A stretch of 32,000 nt of DNA, taken from positions 1,200,001-1,232,000 of the forward strand of contig NC_013771.1 of NCBI RefSeq assembly GCF_000025125.1, read 5' to 3'. This stretch comes from Candidatus Atelocyanobacterium thalassa isolate ALOHA. Lineage in GTDB: Bacteria; Cyanobacteriota; Cyanobacteriia; Cyanobacteriales; Microcystaceae. Of this stretch, positions 1 to 8,720 are shown in pieces; within the stretch, counting starts at the first letter, position 1; each line of letters opens with the position of its first letter. The notes beneath the pieces were generated by a model that worked only from the letters and a program-made list of their open reading frames with translations, did not search any database and was not told the DNA's origin. The position numbers and the translations under genes were made by a program.

Positions 1-459
1 ACCAATAACTTGTTTTTGGATACGCCTGATCTTACTAATAATGATTATTGTATATTTGGATTAGCAACTTGTTTTTTAAAAAATGATGGAAAATTTGATG
101 AGATTAAAATTATTGAACCTATTCCTTCATCAGCGTTAGAAATAATTTTAAAAGGTATTCCAACCTCTTATGAATTTATTTGTGCTATGACTATTGGAGA
201 AATCATCATAGATGAAAAATTGACAAAAACTGTTCATTTTCCGGAAGAAGCAAAGTTTTGCGATCTTTTTATTGAGCGTACTGTTGCTTCTGCAAGAACA
301 TATAAGAGAAATCCTAATATTTGCTCTAAAATTTCTCTAGGAAGTACTAAGAAAAATCTCAATTTCTCACTAGAGAAGAAAAGAGTTTTAAATACAATGG
401 TTACAGTTTCAGCAGAAGATAATGTTAAACAACATTCTCATACTAATGATATTTTCTAA
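1..459 (+). CDS. Conserved hypothetical protein, 5' end truncated by the window edge
   Basis: Frame 1 is open from base 1 to the TAA at 457-459, so the TTG at 10 is probably internal. I recognised no family. It converges on miaB with only 11 nt between the stops. Confidence 0.5.
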   Translation, partial: TNNLFLDTPDLTNNDYCIFGLATCFLKNDGKFDEIKIIEPIPSSALEIILKGIPTSYEFICAMTIGEIIIDEKLTKTVHFPEEAKFCDLFIERTVASARTYKRNPNICSKISLGSTKKNLNFSLEKKRVLNTMVTVSAEDNVKQHSHTNDIF

Positions 460-470
460 GTTAGAAAATA

Positions 471-1817
471 TCATTTTAATATCTTTCCGGTTAAGCTAAA
501 GGGTCGAGCTTCTGTAATTTTGACTTTTACCAATTCACCTCTGAGATCGTCAATATTTCCTTGAAAAAAAGTCAATCTATTTTTTCTCGTTCTTCCCATT
601 ACTTGATTATTTTCTTTAGGATTTTCCTGCTCTACTAGTATTTCTTCTATTTCCCCCAAATATTTTCGAGAATTTTCAGCTGCTTTTTGTCCTACTAAAT
701 GATTAAGTCTTTGTAATCGATCACTTTTAATATCATCATCTACTTGTTCACTCCAGGTAGCAGCAGGAGTACCAGGGCGAGGAGAGTATGCTGCTGTATT
801 TAATTGATCAAATCCAATATCTTCTACTAGCTTTAAAGTATTTTCAAATTGTTGTTCTGTTTCTCCTGGAAATCCCACTATAGCATCAGCAGTAATAGAG
901 GCATTAGGCATATAATACCTAACTTTATCAATTAACTGTCTATATCTTTGATGCGTATAACCTCTCTTCATTTTTTTTAAGATGTCATTATCACCTGATT
1001 GAAAAGGTATATGGAAATGCTCACAAATGTTTGGTAATTCATGACATGCACTGATTAATCTTTCTGTAAAATATCGAGGATGACTGGTCGCGAATCTTAT
1101 TCTTTTAATGTTAGAAACTTCATGAATTCTATATAACAAATCTGTAAAAGTATATTGATTTCTTCCTGTTTCAGTTGTTCCAGGCAGATCTCTTCCGTAA
1201 GCATCAATATTTTGACCTAACAAAGTAACTTCCTTATATCCCTGTTGTTCTAATAATTTAATTTCAGAACAAATATCTTCAGGAGTACGAGATTGTTCTA
1301 GCCCTCTTACACTAGGAACAACACAGTAGCTACATCTTTCATTACAACCGTATATGATATTCACCCATGCTGTTATTTTACTAGCTCTACGTGGCTTTGT
1401 AATATCTTCAATGATATGAATAGGTTCAGTAGCGACAATTTGATTACCTTTTAATACTTGCTCTAATAAATCTCCAAGATAATTAACATGTTGTGGTCCC
1501 ATGACTAAATCAAGTTCAGGAATTCTCCTGAGTATTTTTTCTCCTTCTTGCTGTGCGACGCAACCCGCAACAGCAAGAATTAAGCTCGGATCTTTATGTT
1601 TACGTTTAGCTTGTTTTCCTAGATAAGAATAAACTTTTTGTTCAGCGCTATCTCTTATAGTACAAGTATTATATAAGATCAAATTTGCTTGATCAAGAAC
1701 ATCTGTCCATTGGAAACCCATATCTTCTAAAATACCTGCCATACGTTCCGAGTCAGCTTTATTCATTTGACAACCAAAAGTAACAATATGGTAGTAGCGT
1801 AAATTAGATATTATCAT
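471..1817 (-). CDS. miaB: tRNA-i6A37 methylthiotransferase MiaB (radical SAM)
   Basis: 448 aa. The N-terminal UPF0004 region reads [17 protein letters not shown]. The radical-SAM motif is [12 protein letters not shown] (CxxxCxxC). A TRAM-like tail ([17 protein letters not shown]) closes the protein. Confidence 0.93.
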   Translation of the reverse strand: MIISNLRYYHIVTFGCQMNKADSERMAGILEDMGFQWTDVLDQANLILYNTCTIRDSAEQKVYSYLGKQAKRKHKDPSLILAVAGCVAQQEGEKILRRIPELDLVMGPQHVNYLGDLLEQVLKGNQIVATEPIHIIEDITKPRRASKITAWVNIIYGCNERCSYCVVPSVRGLEQSRTPEDICSEIKLLEQQGYKEVTLLGQNIDAYGRDLPGTTETGRNQYTFTDLLYRIHEVSNIKRIRFATSHPRYFTERLISACHELPNICEHFHIPFQSGDNDILKKMKRGYTHQRYRQLIDKVRYYMPNASITADAIVGFPGETEQQFENTLKLVEDIGFDQLNTAAYSPRPGTPAATWSEQVDDDIKSDRLQRLNHLVGQKAAENSRKYLGEIEEILVEQENPKENNQVMGRTRKNRLTFFQGNIDDLRGELVKVKITEARPFSLTGKILK

Positions 1818-2059
1818 TATTATTTTTAAGAATTTGGTATTTAATTATAGTTAAGAAATCTTATACGTAGCAAAAAGATAGAAAACTTTATGATTACAAT
1901 GTATATGATTTATATTATGTAGAGTAGTATTTTTAAGAGCTGTAACAAAATATAGCCTTGAAAGACTAAAATTTATATTATAGTACAGTCATTTTTTATT
2001 ATTTAAGATATTCATAATACGAAAATATAATAGGATAGTAGGTATGTTAATAAATAAAG

Positions 2060-3631
2060 TTGCTAAAAAAAATATTAATTGTTCTTTCTTTTCTTTTGAT
2101 CCCATTAGAAAATACTTTTATTTCAGAAGCTTTTGCAAAAGATATTAATATTAATATTGGTATAGTGCAAAGATTCGGAGAAAAAGAAAAAGATCAACTT
2201 CTGATTACTACTGACTATCAGAATACGCTAACTATTAAATTTCAAAATTCTAAGGGCCATTTTCAGAGCTTGATCACAAATCGAATAACTCTCAATATTT
2301 TAAGTCGACCATTATCTAAGCCTCTTCTGAAAGAATATATTATTTTAAGTGATCATGCTACCTTTGAAACTGCTGAAGATAATTCTAAAAAATGGGAAGA
2401 GAAAGGTATCCAAACTGAAATTACGCAGCCAGGGCGATGGCAAGTTTGGGCTAAAAGAGATATCTACAAAACACCCTTATTAAGACGTTGGCTGTTAGAT
2501 AACCTTAAAACAAAGGGCTATAATAAGCCATATATAGAATCTACTGTTTTATTAAATAAGTCTCAGGCAACGTTTATAGCTAATGGGAAAAAATATCATA
2601 GCGATTATATTGAAATTATTCCTAACAATCATCCTATCCACGTAATTGATTTAGAACAAAAAAAAAGAGCTTATCTTGGTAGTTTAAAATTACAACCTAA
2701 TGCATATGGAACGTATACTTTAGTTAATCATGTTCCGGTAGAAGTATACTTAAAAGGTGTTGTTCCTCATGAAATAGGGCCTAATGCTCCAATAAATGCA
2801 ATAAAAGCCCAAACAATTATTGCTCGTACATACGCTTTACGTAATTTGAGAAGATTTAAATCAGATGATTATGAACTTTGCGCTAATACGCATTGCCAAG
2901 TATATTATGGGCTTAATGGAGTGAACTCAAAGATAGATAAAGCAATTAATGATACTAAAAATTTAGTACTTATCTATCAAAACAAGTTAGTAGATGCTCT
3001 TTATTCTTCGACTACAGGAGGAGTTACCGCTAACTTTACCGATGTCTGGGATGGAGAAGAAAGACCTTATTTAAAGACAATTATTGATTCTCCACAAAAT
3101 AATATATGGAATTTTACCTTAAAGCCTCTAAATCAAGAAGAAGCCTTTCGCAACTTTATTAAGTTAACAAAAGGCTTTAATGAGACTGGAAGAAGTGCTT
3201 TTCGTTGGGAGCATAAAACTACTAAAATCGAATTAGCTAAAGATTTACGAAAATATTTAGTAATGCAAAAACATCCTTTATCAAATTTCAAAATTATTAA
3301 TTCGATCAAAATAGATGAACGTTCAGTATCCGGTAGAATATTGAACGCAATTGTAGATACAGACATTGGAATTATTGAATTAAAGAAAAATGAAGTTCGT
3401 AGTGCATTTGGCCCTCCCAGGAGTACTCTTTTCTATCTTGAACCTATAAATGATAAGCAGGATAAAGTTATAGGTTACACATTTATTGGGGGTGGTTTTG
3501 GGCATGGAGTAGGACTTAGTCAATACGGATCTTATAATTTAGCCAACTTAGGATGGAATGAGAAAAAAATTCTTCATTTTTATTATCCTGGTACTCAGGT
3601 TGTACCTTTAAATAATTCAATTATTTTTTAA
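2060..3631 (+). CDS. SpoIID/LytB domain protein (exported cell-wall remodelling factor)
   Basis: 523 aa. The TTG start is followed by a signal peptide (LKKILIVLSFLLIPLENTFISEAFA). SpoIID-type motifs are present: AQTIIARTYAL, HCQVY, YSSTTGGVTA and GHGVGLSQYG. Confidence 0.85.
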   Translation: MLKKILIVLSFLLIPLENTFISEAFAKDININIGIVQRFGEKEKDQLLITTDYQNTLTIKFQNSKGHFQSLITNRITLNILSRPLSKPLLKEYIILSDHATFETAEDNSKKWEEKGIQTEITQPGRWQVWAKRDIYKTPLLRRWLLDNLKTKGYNKPYIESTVLLNKSQATFIANGKKYHSDYIEIIPNNHPIHVIDLEQKKRAYLGSLKLQPNAYGTYTLVNHVPVEVYLKGVVPHEIGPNAPINAIKAQTIIARTYALRNLRRFKSDDYELCANTHCQVYYGLNGVNSKIDKAINDTKNLVLIYQNKLVDALYSSTTGGVTANFTDVWDGEERPYLKTIIDSPQNNIWNFTLKPLNQEEAFRNFIKLTKGFNETGRSAFRWEHKTTKIELAKDLRKYLVMQKHPLSNFKIINSIKIDERSVSGRILNAIVDTDIGIIELKKNEVRSAFGPPRSTLFYLEPINDKQDKVIGYTFIGGGFGHGVGLSQYGSYNLANLGWNEKKILHFYYPGTQVVPLNNSIIF

Positions 3632-3789
3632 AAACATATATTCTATAACTATCTAGAATAGCTTTATTTAATTAAATTTTGAGAAGATAAAGAAAATTGT
3701 ATTATCTGTTTTCGTAAAATTATTTCTAATCTAAGTTTTTATCTATTAATTAAAAATTAATTAAGTTAAGAAATATCTCTTTATTAACT

Positions 3790-3911
3790 ATGTTCAAAAA
3801 AATTAATTACTTTTTTTAATTTTTCCGTTTACTTTAATAACACTACAATTACTGAGCTCTAATACTTTAGCTGTTCTTCCTCGTAATCCTGATAAAGAGA
3901 TAGAATGCGAA
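3790..3911 (+). other. Frame-broken 5' extension of the FAD-oxidoreductase gene
   Basis: ATG 3790 encodes MFKKINYFF and then hits TAA at 3817-3819. The body frame is open from 3807 without any ATG and reads LLFLIFPFTLITLQLLSSNTLAVLPRNPDKEIECE before the TTG at 3912. The two frames meet in a T7 run at 3811-3817. A -1 shift gives a classic Sec signal peptide. Confidence 0.55.
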
Positions 3912-5828
3912 TTGCTAATAGTTGGTGGAGGTCTTGCTGGTACTGCTGCTGCTTATGAAGGTTTATTAGCTGGAAGAACAGTATGTTTAACAGAGATTAC
4001 GGATTGGATTGGAGGACAAATTTCCTCTCAAGGAACTTCTGCATTAGATGAAAGGCCTACTCAAAGATCACAATTATTTTACTCTAGAGGTTATTTAGAG
4101 CTAAGAGAGCGTATTAAGAAATTTTATGGAAAGCTTAACCCAGGAGAATGTTGGGTTAGCAAATCATGCTTTATGCCTAAAGAAGGTCATAAAATTTTGA
4201 TGGATATGTTAAAAGATGCTGAAAGGAAAGGTAAAGGACATTTTATCTGGTTTCCTTCAACTGTTGTAAAAGACTTAAGCATTAGCAAACATTCAAATAA
4301 AAGTACAGGAAAACAAATTACAAATGTTATTGCTATTCAGCATCACTCTATTGAAGATAGATTTTCTTTAAATTCTTATCCGCTATCTCAAATTATCCAA
4401 GATATATATTCTTATAAAAATTCTACTAGGTTAAGTAAAAAAATTATTCGTTTTATTCCAAAACTCCAGAACAATTCGATACCTGCAAATTGGTATATTA
4501 TTGAAGCTACCGAAACAGGAGAAATTATAGCTTTATCTGATGTTCCTTATCGTCTAGGAGTTGACCCAGTATCCTATTTAGAGCCTTCCTCTTCAAGTAA
4601 AGATGGTAACCCTTTTTGCACGCAAGGCTTTACATATACGTTTGCAATGGAAACTATCTCAGAAAGTATAGTACATAAAATACCTAAATTTTATTCTCAA
4701 TATTCGCCTTACTACAGTTATGAGCTAGAACGTTTAGCAGACTTTGATCTGATTTATACTTATCGCCGTATTTGGAGTCCTAGTAAAGGAAAGACTAGAA
4801 CTTTTAATAGAATAAAATTTTCAATTCCTACAGCTGGAGATATTTCAATGCAAAATTGGACATGGGGTAATGATTATCGTCCAGGTAATTCTAAAGATAA
4901 TTTAATTTATACACGTACACAATTGAAAAGTATGAATCAATTAAATCCTGGTAAATGGATGGGAGGATTACGAAGAGAAACTCTTCGCAAAGGTGAGGAA
5001 CATTCCAAGGGCTATTTTTATTGGTTAGTATCAGGGACTATGGATTCTCAACTTAAGAAAGGAGTGAAAAGAATAAATAAAAATACTACTTATCTGAAAG
5101 GATTACGTTCTCCTATGGGTACATATCATGGTCTGTCTAAATATCCTTATATTCGAGAATCAAGACGCATATTAGGTCGAAAATCTTTCACCCATAAAAA
5201 TGGATTCTCAATTAATGAGATTGATATTTCACGTCAAAATTATAGGAGTAAATACTATCAGGAAACTTTATCTTTTAACATTTATCAACAATTAAATAAG
5301 GTCTTAGCAAAATATAATAATTCCTCAATTTTAAATGAAAAAAAAGTCATGGAATCTTCATCTAGTAGCCAAAGATCGACAATTTATTTTGATTCTATAG
5401 GTATTGGCCATTATCCTATAGATTTTCATCCTTGTATGAATGAAGAAATACCAGAAAAAGCAGGTAATAGTGAACGAAATAATGAAAGACAAGGTCAGGG
5501 GAAAACTTTTCCTTTTCAAATACCTTTAAGAGCAATATTACCTCAAGAAATTGATAATCTAATTATTGCAGGCAAAGGTATCGCGACTAGTCATATTGCT
5601 GCTGCTGCATATCGAGTTCATTCTTTTGAATGGTCATCAGGTGCAGCGGCAGGTACCATCGCAGATTTTGCTATTAATGAAAAAATTTTACCTTATCAAT
5701 TAATAACAAGCCCATCTTTCCAGTCTTTAAAATTGCAAAAATTGCAACGAAAGTTAACTGACAATAAAAATCCTATCAAATTTCCCCATACATCCATTTT
5801 TAATAATAATTGGAACCATTGGCAATAA
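3912..5828 (+). CDS. FAD-dependent oxidoreductase (FAD_oxidored-like), start uncertain
   Basis: 638 aa from the TTG. A Rossmann dinucleotide motif (LIVGGGLAGTAAAYE) follows the putative start directly. The C-terminal FAD-binding part reads IIAGKGIATSHIAAAAYRVHSFEWSSGAAAG. See the 3790-3911 feature for the likely original start. Confidence 0.8.
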   Translation: MLIVGGGLAGTAAAYEGLLAGRTVCLTEITDWIGGQISSQGTSALDERPTQRSQLFYSRGYLELRERIKKFYGKLNPGECWVSKSCFMPKEGHKILMDMLKDAERKGKGHFIWFPSTVVKDLSISKHSNKSTGKQITNVIAIQHHSIEDRFSLNSYPLSQIIQDIYSYKNSTRLSKKIIRFIPKLQNNSIPANWYIIEATETGEIIALSDVPYRLGVDPVSYLEPSSSSKDGNPFCTQGFTYTFAMETISESIVHKIPKFYSQYSPYYSYELERLADFDLIYTYRRIWSPSKGKTRTFNRIKFSIPTAGDISMQNWTWGNDYRPGNSKDNLIYTRTQLKSMNQLNPGKWMGGLRRETLRKGEEHSKGYFYWLVSGTMDSQLKKGVKRINKNTTYLKGLRSPMGTYHGLSKYPYIRESRRILGRKSFTHKNGFSINEIDISRQNYRSKYYQETLSFNIYQQLNKVLAKYNNSSILNEKKVMESSSSSQRSTIYFDSIGIGHYPIDFHPCMNEEIPEKAGNSERNNERQGQGKTFPFQIPLRAILPQEIDNLIIAGKGIATSHIAAAAYRVHSFEWSSGAAAGTIADFAINEKILPYQLITSPSFQSLKLQKLQRKLTDNKNPIKFPHTSIFNNNWNHWQ

Positions 5829-5859
5829 TGATTATTAACAATATAAGATTCAGCAAAAT

Positions 5860-7176
5860 TTATTGAGTAATAAATACTCCAATTCCATTATGAATTTTTG
5901 CGGCAGTAACTGGAAAACGATCAATTAAACGACCACCTAAAACTAAGCTAGTAGAACCTCCTCCATCTAAATTCAAAGCATTGATTGATCCTAACTTTTG
6001 CATAATTTGTGCCATTTCATTTAGATTAACTCCATTGCTGTTTATGCTATTATGAACTGTTACTAAAATAGTTTTATCCTTGTTGGTTATACCTATAGCG
6101 CTTCTGGATGCTTTTTGCTTCTGAAAACTTTTAGTAAACTTTTCGTCTTTCACATTTAACGATATAGAACCATCATTTATTAGTAAAGGACCTCCACCTA
6201 AAATATGAGATAGTTGATTGAATTTTTTAGGGACTGTTTTACTTTCTATTTTTAATGTACTCCCTATAAAAAATAAATCAGACTTAAAAATTTTTTTACG
6301 AATAACTAACAAATATCCATCATTGGGAATATAGTACTTTTGTTTTATTTCCTTTGATTTCTGCTTCTTTACTACTTTATTATTTTTTATAGAAATGATA
6401 ATTTCATTATTACTAATAGTCTCATATCTTTCTCCCCATTCCTTGGTATAACGGGATATTCCGGCTTGAATATATCCACTATTTAAAGATTGAATAGAAA
6501 TTCTTTCGCCATTATTTAAGATTAGAAACTCTTTTAAACTTAAATGATCAATAAAAAATTTTCCGTTTTCATTCCAGCCTACAGCTCCACGGCCTAAGAT
6601 AGGACTTGATAACCAATCGTTGTTGTGACGAATGGCTCCCAAGGGCAATCTATTATTTCTGTTAAAGAAACCTCCATTTATGGCAGCTACAACACGCCAT
6701 TTTTTTGCAATTTCCTCTAAAGAAGAAGTTCCAATTTGACCATTAAGATTACTAGTAATTGGCCTTAAAATAACCTTTGACGATTTATTGTCAATCTCTA
6801 AAAGATTGACAGGAAAAATATTATACCCTTTTTTGTTTTTAACTGTTATGAACTGCTGTCGCCAAATAACACCTGGGACCCATACAATCTCTTTAGGAAG
6901 AATTGTCTTAGCAAGAATATAAACTCTATTATGTTTAATTTTAGAGAAAACAAGATTTGAATTATTAGCTTTAAGTAGACTAGTATTGAAATAATTAATA
7001 TTATTGATTATTTCATTCAAGCTACCATCAGGATCAGGTAATGATGATGAGATTAAATTATTATAAGAAGATGTATCTTTAGCGTCTCCTACTCTAGGAA
7101 TCAATATATTGAAAGGTAGTTCTAGTAATAAAAGAATAGATATAAGCTTAAAAGAATACCAAATAAATCTAGTCAC
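5860..7176 (-). CDS. Phosphodiester glycosidase family protein (DUF2233 / NAGPA domain), exported
   Basis: 438 aa with a GTG start and a GGAG 9 nt upstream. It has an N-terminal signal-like segment. The C-terminal motifs AINGGFF and ALNLDGGGSTSLV are typical of the family. Confidence 0.78.
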   Translation of the reverse strand: MTRFIWYSFKLISILLLLELPFNILIPRVGDAKDTSSYNNLISSSLPDPDGSLNEIINNINYFNTSLLKANNSNLVFSKIKHNRVYILAKTILPKEIVWVPGVIWRQQFITVKNKKGYNIFPVNLLEIDNKSSKVILRPITSNLNGQIGTSSLEEIAKKWRVVAAINGGFFNRNNRLPLGAIRHNNDWLSSPILGRGAVGWNENGKFFIDHLSLKEFLILNNGERISIQSLNSGYIQAGISRYTKEWGERYETISNNEIIISIKNNKVVKKQKSKEIKQKYYIPNDGYLLVIRKKIFKSDLFFIGSTLKIESKTVPKKFNQLSHILGGGPLLINDGSISLNVKDEKFTKSFQKQKASRSAIGITNKDKTILVTVHNSINSNGVNLNEMAQIMQKLGSINALNLDGGGSTSLVLGGRLIDRFPVTAAKIHNGIGVFITQ

Positions 7177-7347
7177 TTTTTAAATCTCCATTACACATAT
7201 CACTTAATATCAATATCCTTTTGAAAATATATATAGTGATTTTCTATGTTTTTAAGTTTTTTTAATTGAAGCGTCTCTAACTGTAACTTTAGTGAACTAT
7301 AATCACTACGATCATTTAGTTATTTGTGTTTAATTACTAACAAGTAA

Positions 7348-7383
7348 AGAACAACAAGATATCAAGTAATTTCTTGTTGTTCT
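7348..7383 (-). terminator. Hairpin downstream of the small ORF 7430-7606
   Basis: A perfect 12-bp stem joins agaacaacaaga (7348-7359) to tcttgttgttct (7372-7383) across a 12-nt loop. It sits 47 nt past the minus-strand stop. The T tract after it is weak. Confidence 0.4.
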
Positions 7384-7429
7384 AATTAAATATAAATTTA
7401 AAAATGAATTATTACTATTCAGTAATTAA

Positions 7430-7606
7430 TTATAGATTTTCAGAAAAAACTTTTTCGAAATTTTCAATAAGTTCATCTAGTTCTTCGAGAGCTTGTCTTA
7501 CATCAATCTTTAGAATACCTAGATCTGGCTTTTCTAAAAGTCCTACTAAAAATTCTCTTTTATCTCTAACTAATTTTACTTGTTCCTGAATTGTTTCTTT
7601 AGCCAT
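7430..7606 (-). CDS. Small helical hypothetical protein (58 aa), absent from the ORF track
   Basis: Manual translation gives MAKETIQEQVKLVRDKREFLVGLLEKPDLGILKIDVRQALEELDELIENFEKVFSENL, from ATG 7606 to TAA 7432-7430. The composition is balanced, charged and amphipathic, unlike AT-driven junk. A hairpin lies downstream. It makes the antisense track ORF 7404-7589 spurious. Confidence 0.5.
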   Translation of the reverse strand: MAKETIQEQVKLVRDKREFLVGLLEKPDLGILKIDVRQALEELDELIENFEKVFSENL

Positions 7607-7921
7607 TTTTATTATCCAAAAACTTACATTAACTTTAACATAAAAAAATATCTCTCATTGAACTTTTCATGGTCTACTTTCTATAAGTATTATTTTTCAT
7701 CACTTAAAACTTAATATATCTTTAAATAACATCCTAGAAATGTTTAACTATATATCTCTACAGAAATTAGATATTTTATTTAATTCATATTTAAGATAAA
7801 TAACTTAAAGTTCAGATCCAGATATCTTTGCAATACATTAACGATAAATATTACTTGATAATAATCTAAGTATTAAGAAAGAAGTAGTTTTTATTTTACT
7901 TTTTCTTTATCCCTTTTTTTG

Positions 7922-8395
7922 TTATTGTATATTCTCAATGATTTTCTGCACTATCTCTACACCACTAATAACTTGCCAAGTAAATAAAATAACTACGCAA
8001 AGATTGAAAACTATATGCGTATTACGAGCTAAATTATTTCCTTTTTGCATGAATGGTACTAAAGATATAGAAATGGTAATTAAACCAGTTATAGTCAGGC
8101 CAATTAATAAATGAGGACTAAAAAATAATTTATCATTATTAATATAAGTTATAGTCATACCCCCAAGATTACCTAAAACTATTAGATTTAAGAGTAATGC
8201 TCCTAGTTGGTGATGTCTGTTGTTAATTTTTTTATTTATTAATTCTTTCCTAACTTCTTTATCAGAAGTACGAATATATCGTAATTGAAATCCTAAATAC
8301 GATACATAGAAAAGCAATAATAATGTAGAGAACATTACGATTGGATGAATTGATTGTGACCAAAGTTTAATAAACTCTAACTTGTTAATAATCAT
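7922..8395 (-). CDS. Four-helix membrane protein, DUF4079-like (cyanobacterial)
   Basis: 157 aa with four hydrophobic segments. Histidines sit near the helix ends (SIHPIVMF, NRHHQLGALL, SPHLLIGL, NTHIVFN), as in DUF4079. The family assignment is from memory. Confidence 0.6.
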   Translation of the reverse strand: MIINKLEFIKLWSQSIHPIVMFSTLLLLFYVSYLGFQLRYIRTSDKEVRKELINKKINNRHHQLGALLLNLIVLGNLGGMTITYINNDKLFFSPHLLIGLTITGLITISISLVPFMQKGNNLARNTHIVFNLCVVILFTWQVISGVEIVQKIIENIQ

Positions 8396-8444
8396 AATAT
8401 TAAGTACTATATCGATTAATTCATATATAACTAAAAAAGAAAAA

Positions 8445-8699
8445 TTATTTCTCTAAGCGTACTACGTACCATTGTAAATAGGTATCAGGACCCATCTCTA
8501 GATCACAGAAATTTTCCATGAGATACTTAGCTTGACTTTCCAATGATTTAATATTTTGTAACTCGTGAGGTAGGTTATCCTTACGATTAAATAAAATATT
8601 TTTGAGTTTTTCTAATAATTCTTCATAAGTTAAAAACTCCTGTTTATTTGGTTCAAGAACGATAAAACCATCTTCTTGGTACATAATTGAATTTGACAT
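8445..8699 (-). CDS. CRR7-like protein (DUF3571; NDH-1 subcomplex assembly/stability factor homolog)
   Basis: 84 aa. The pattern MYQEDGFIVLEPN..FLTYEELLEKLK...LP.ELQ......AKYL....CDLEMGPDTYLQWYVVRLEK matches my recollection of the cyanobacterial CRR7 family. Confidence 0.7.
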   Translation of the reverse strand: MSNSIMYQEDGFIVLEPNKQEFLTYEELLEKLKNILFNRKDNLPHELQNIKSLESQAKYLMENFCDLEMGPDTYLQWYVVRLEK

Positions 8700-8720
8700 A
8701 ATATGTAAAAAATAATTTCA

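Noticed and set aside
3133-3366. Antisense ORF inside the SpoIID gene
   Set aside because: It is embedded in a confidently assigned gene on the other strand and has no recognisable motifs. Such ORFs are the expected by-product of AT-rich codon usage.
7404-7589. Track ORF of 61 aa on the plus strand
   Set aside because: The sequence is low-complexity and rich in S/F/I. It lies fully antisense to a much more protein-like 58-aa ORF (7430-7606, minus strand) that has an ATG start and a downstream hairpin.
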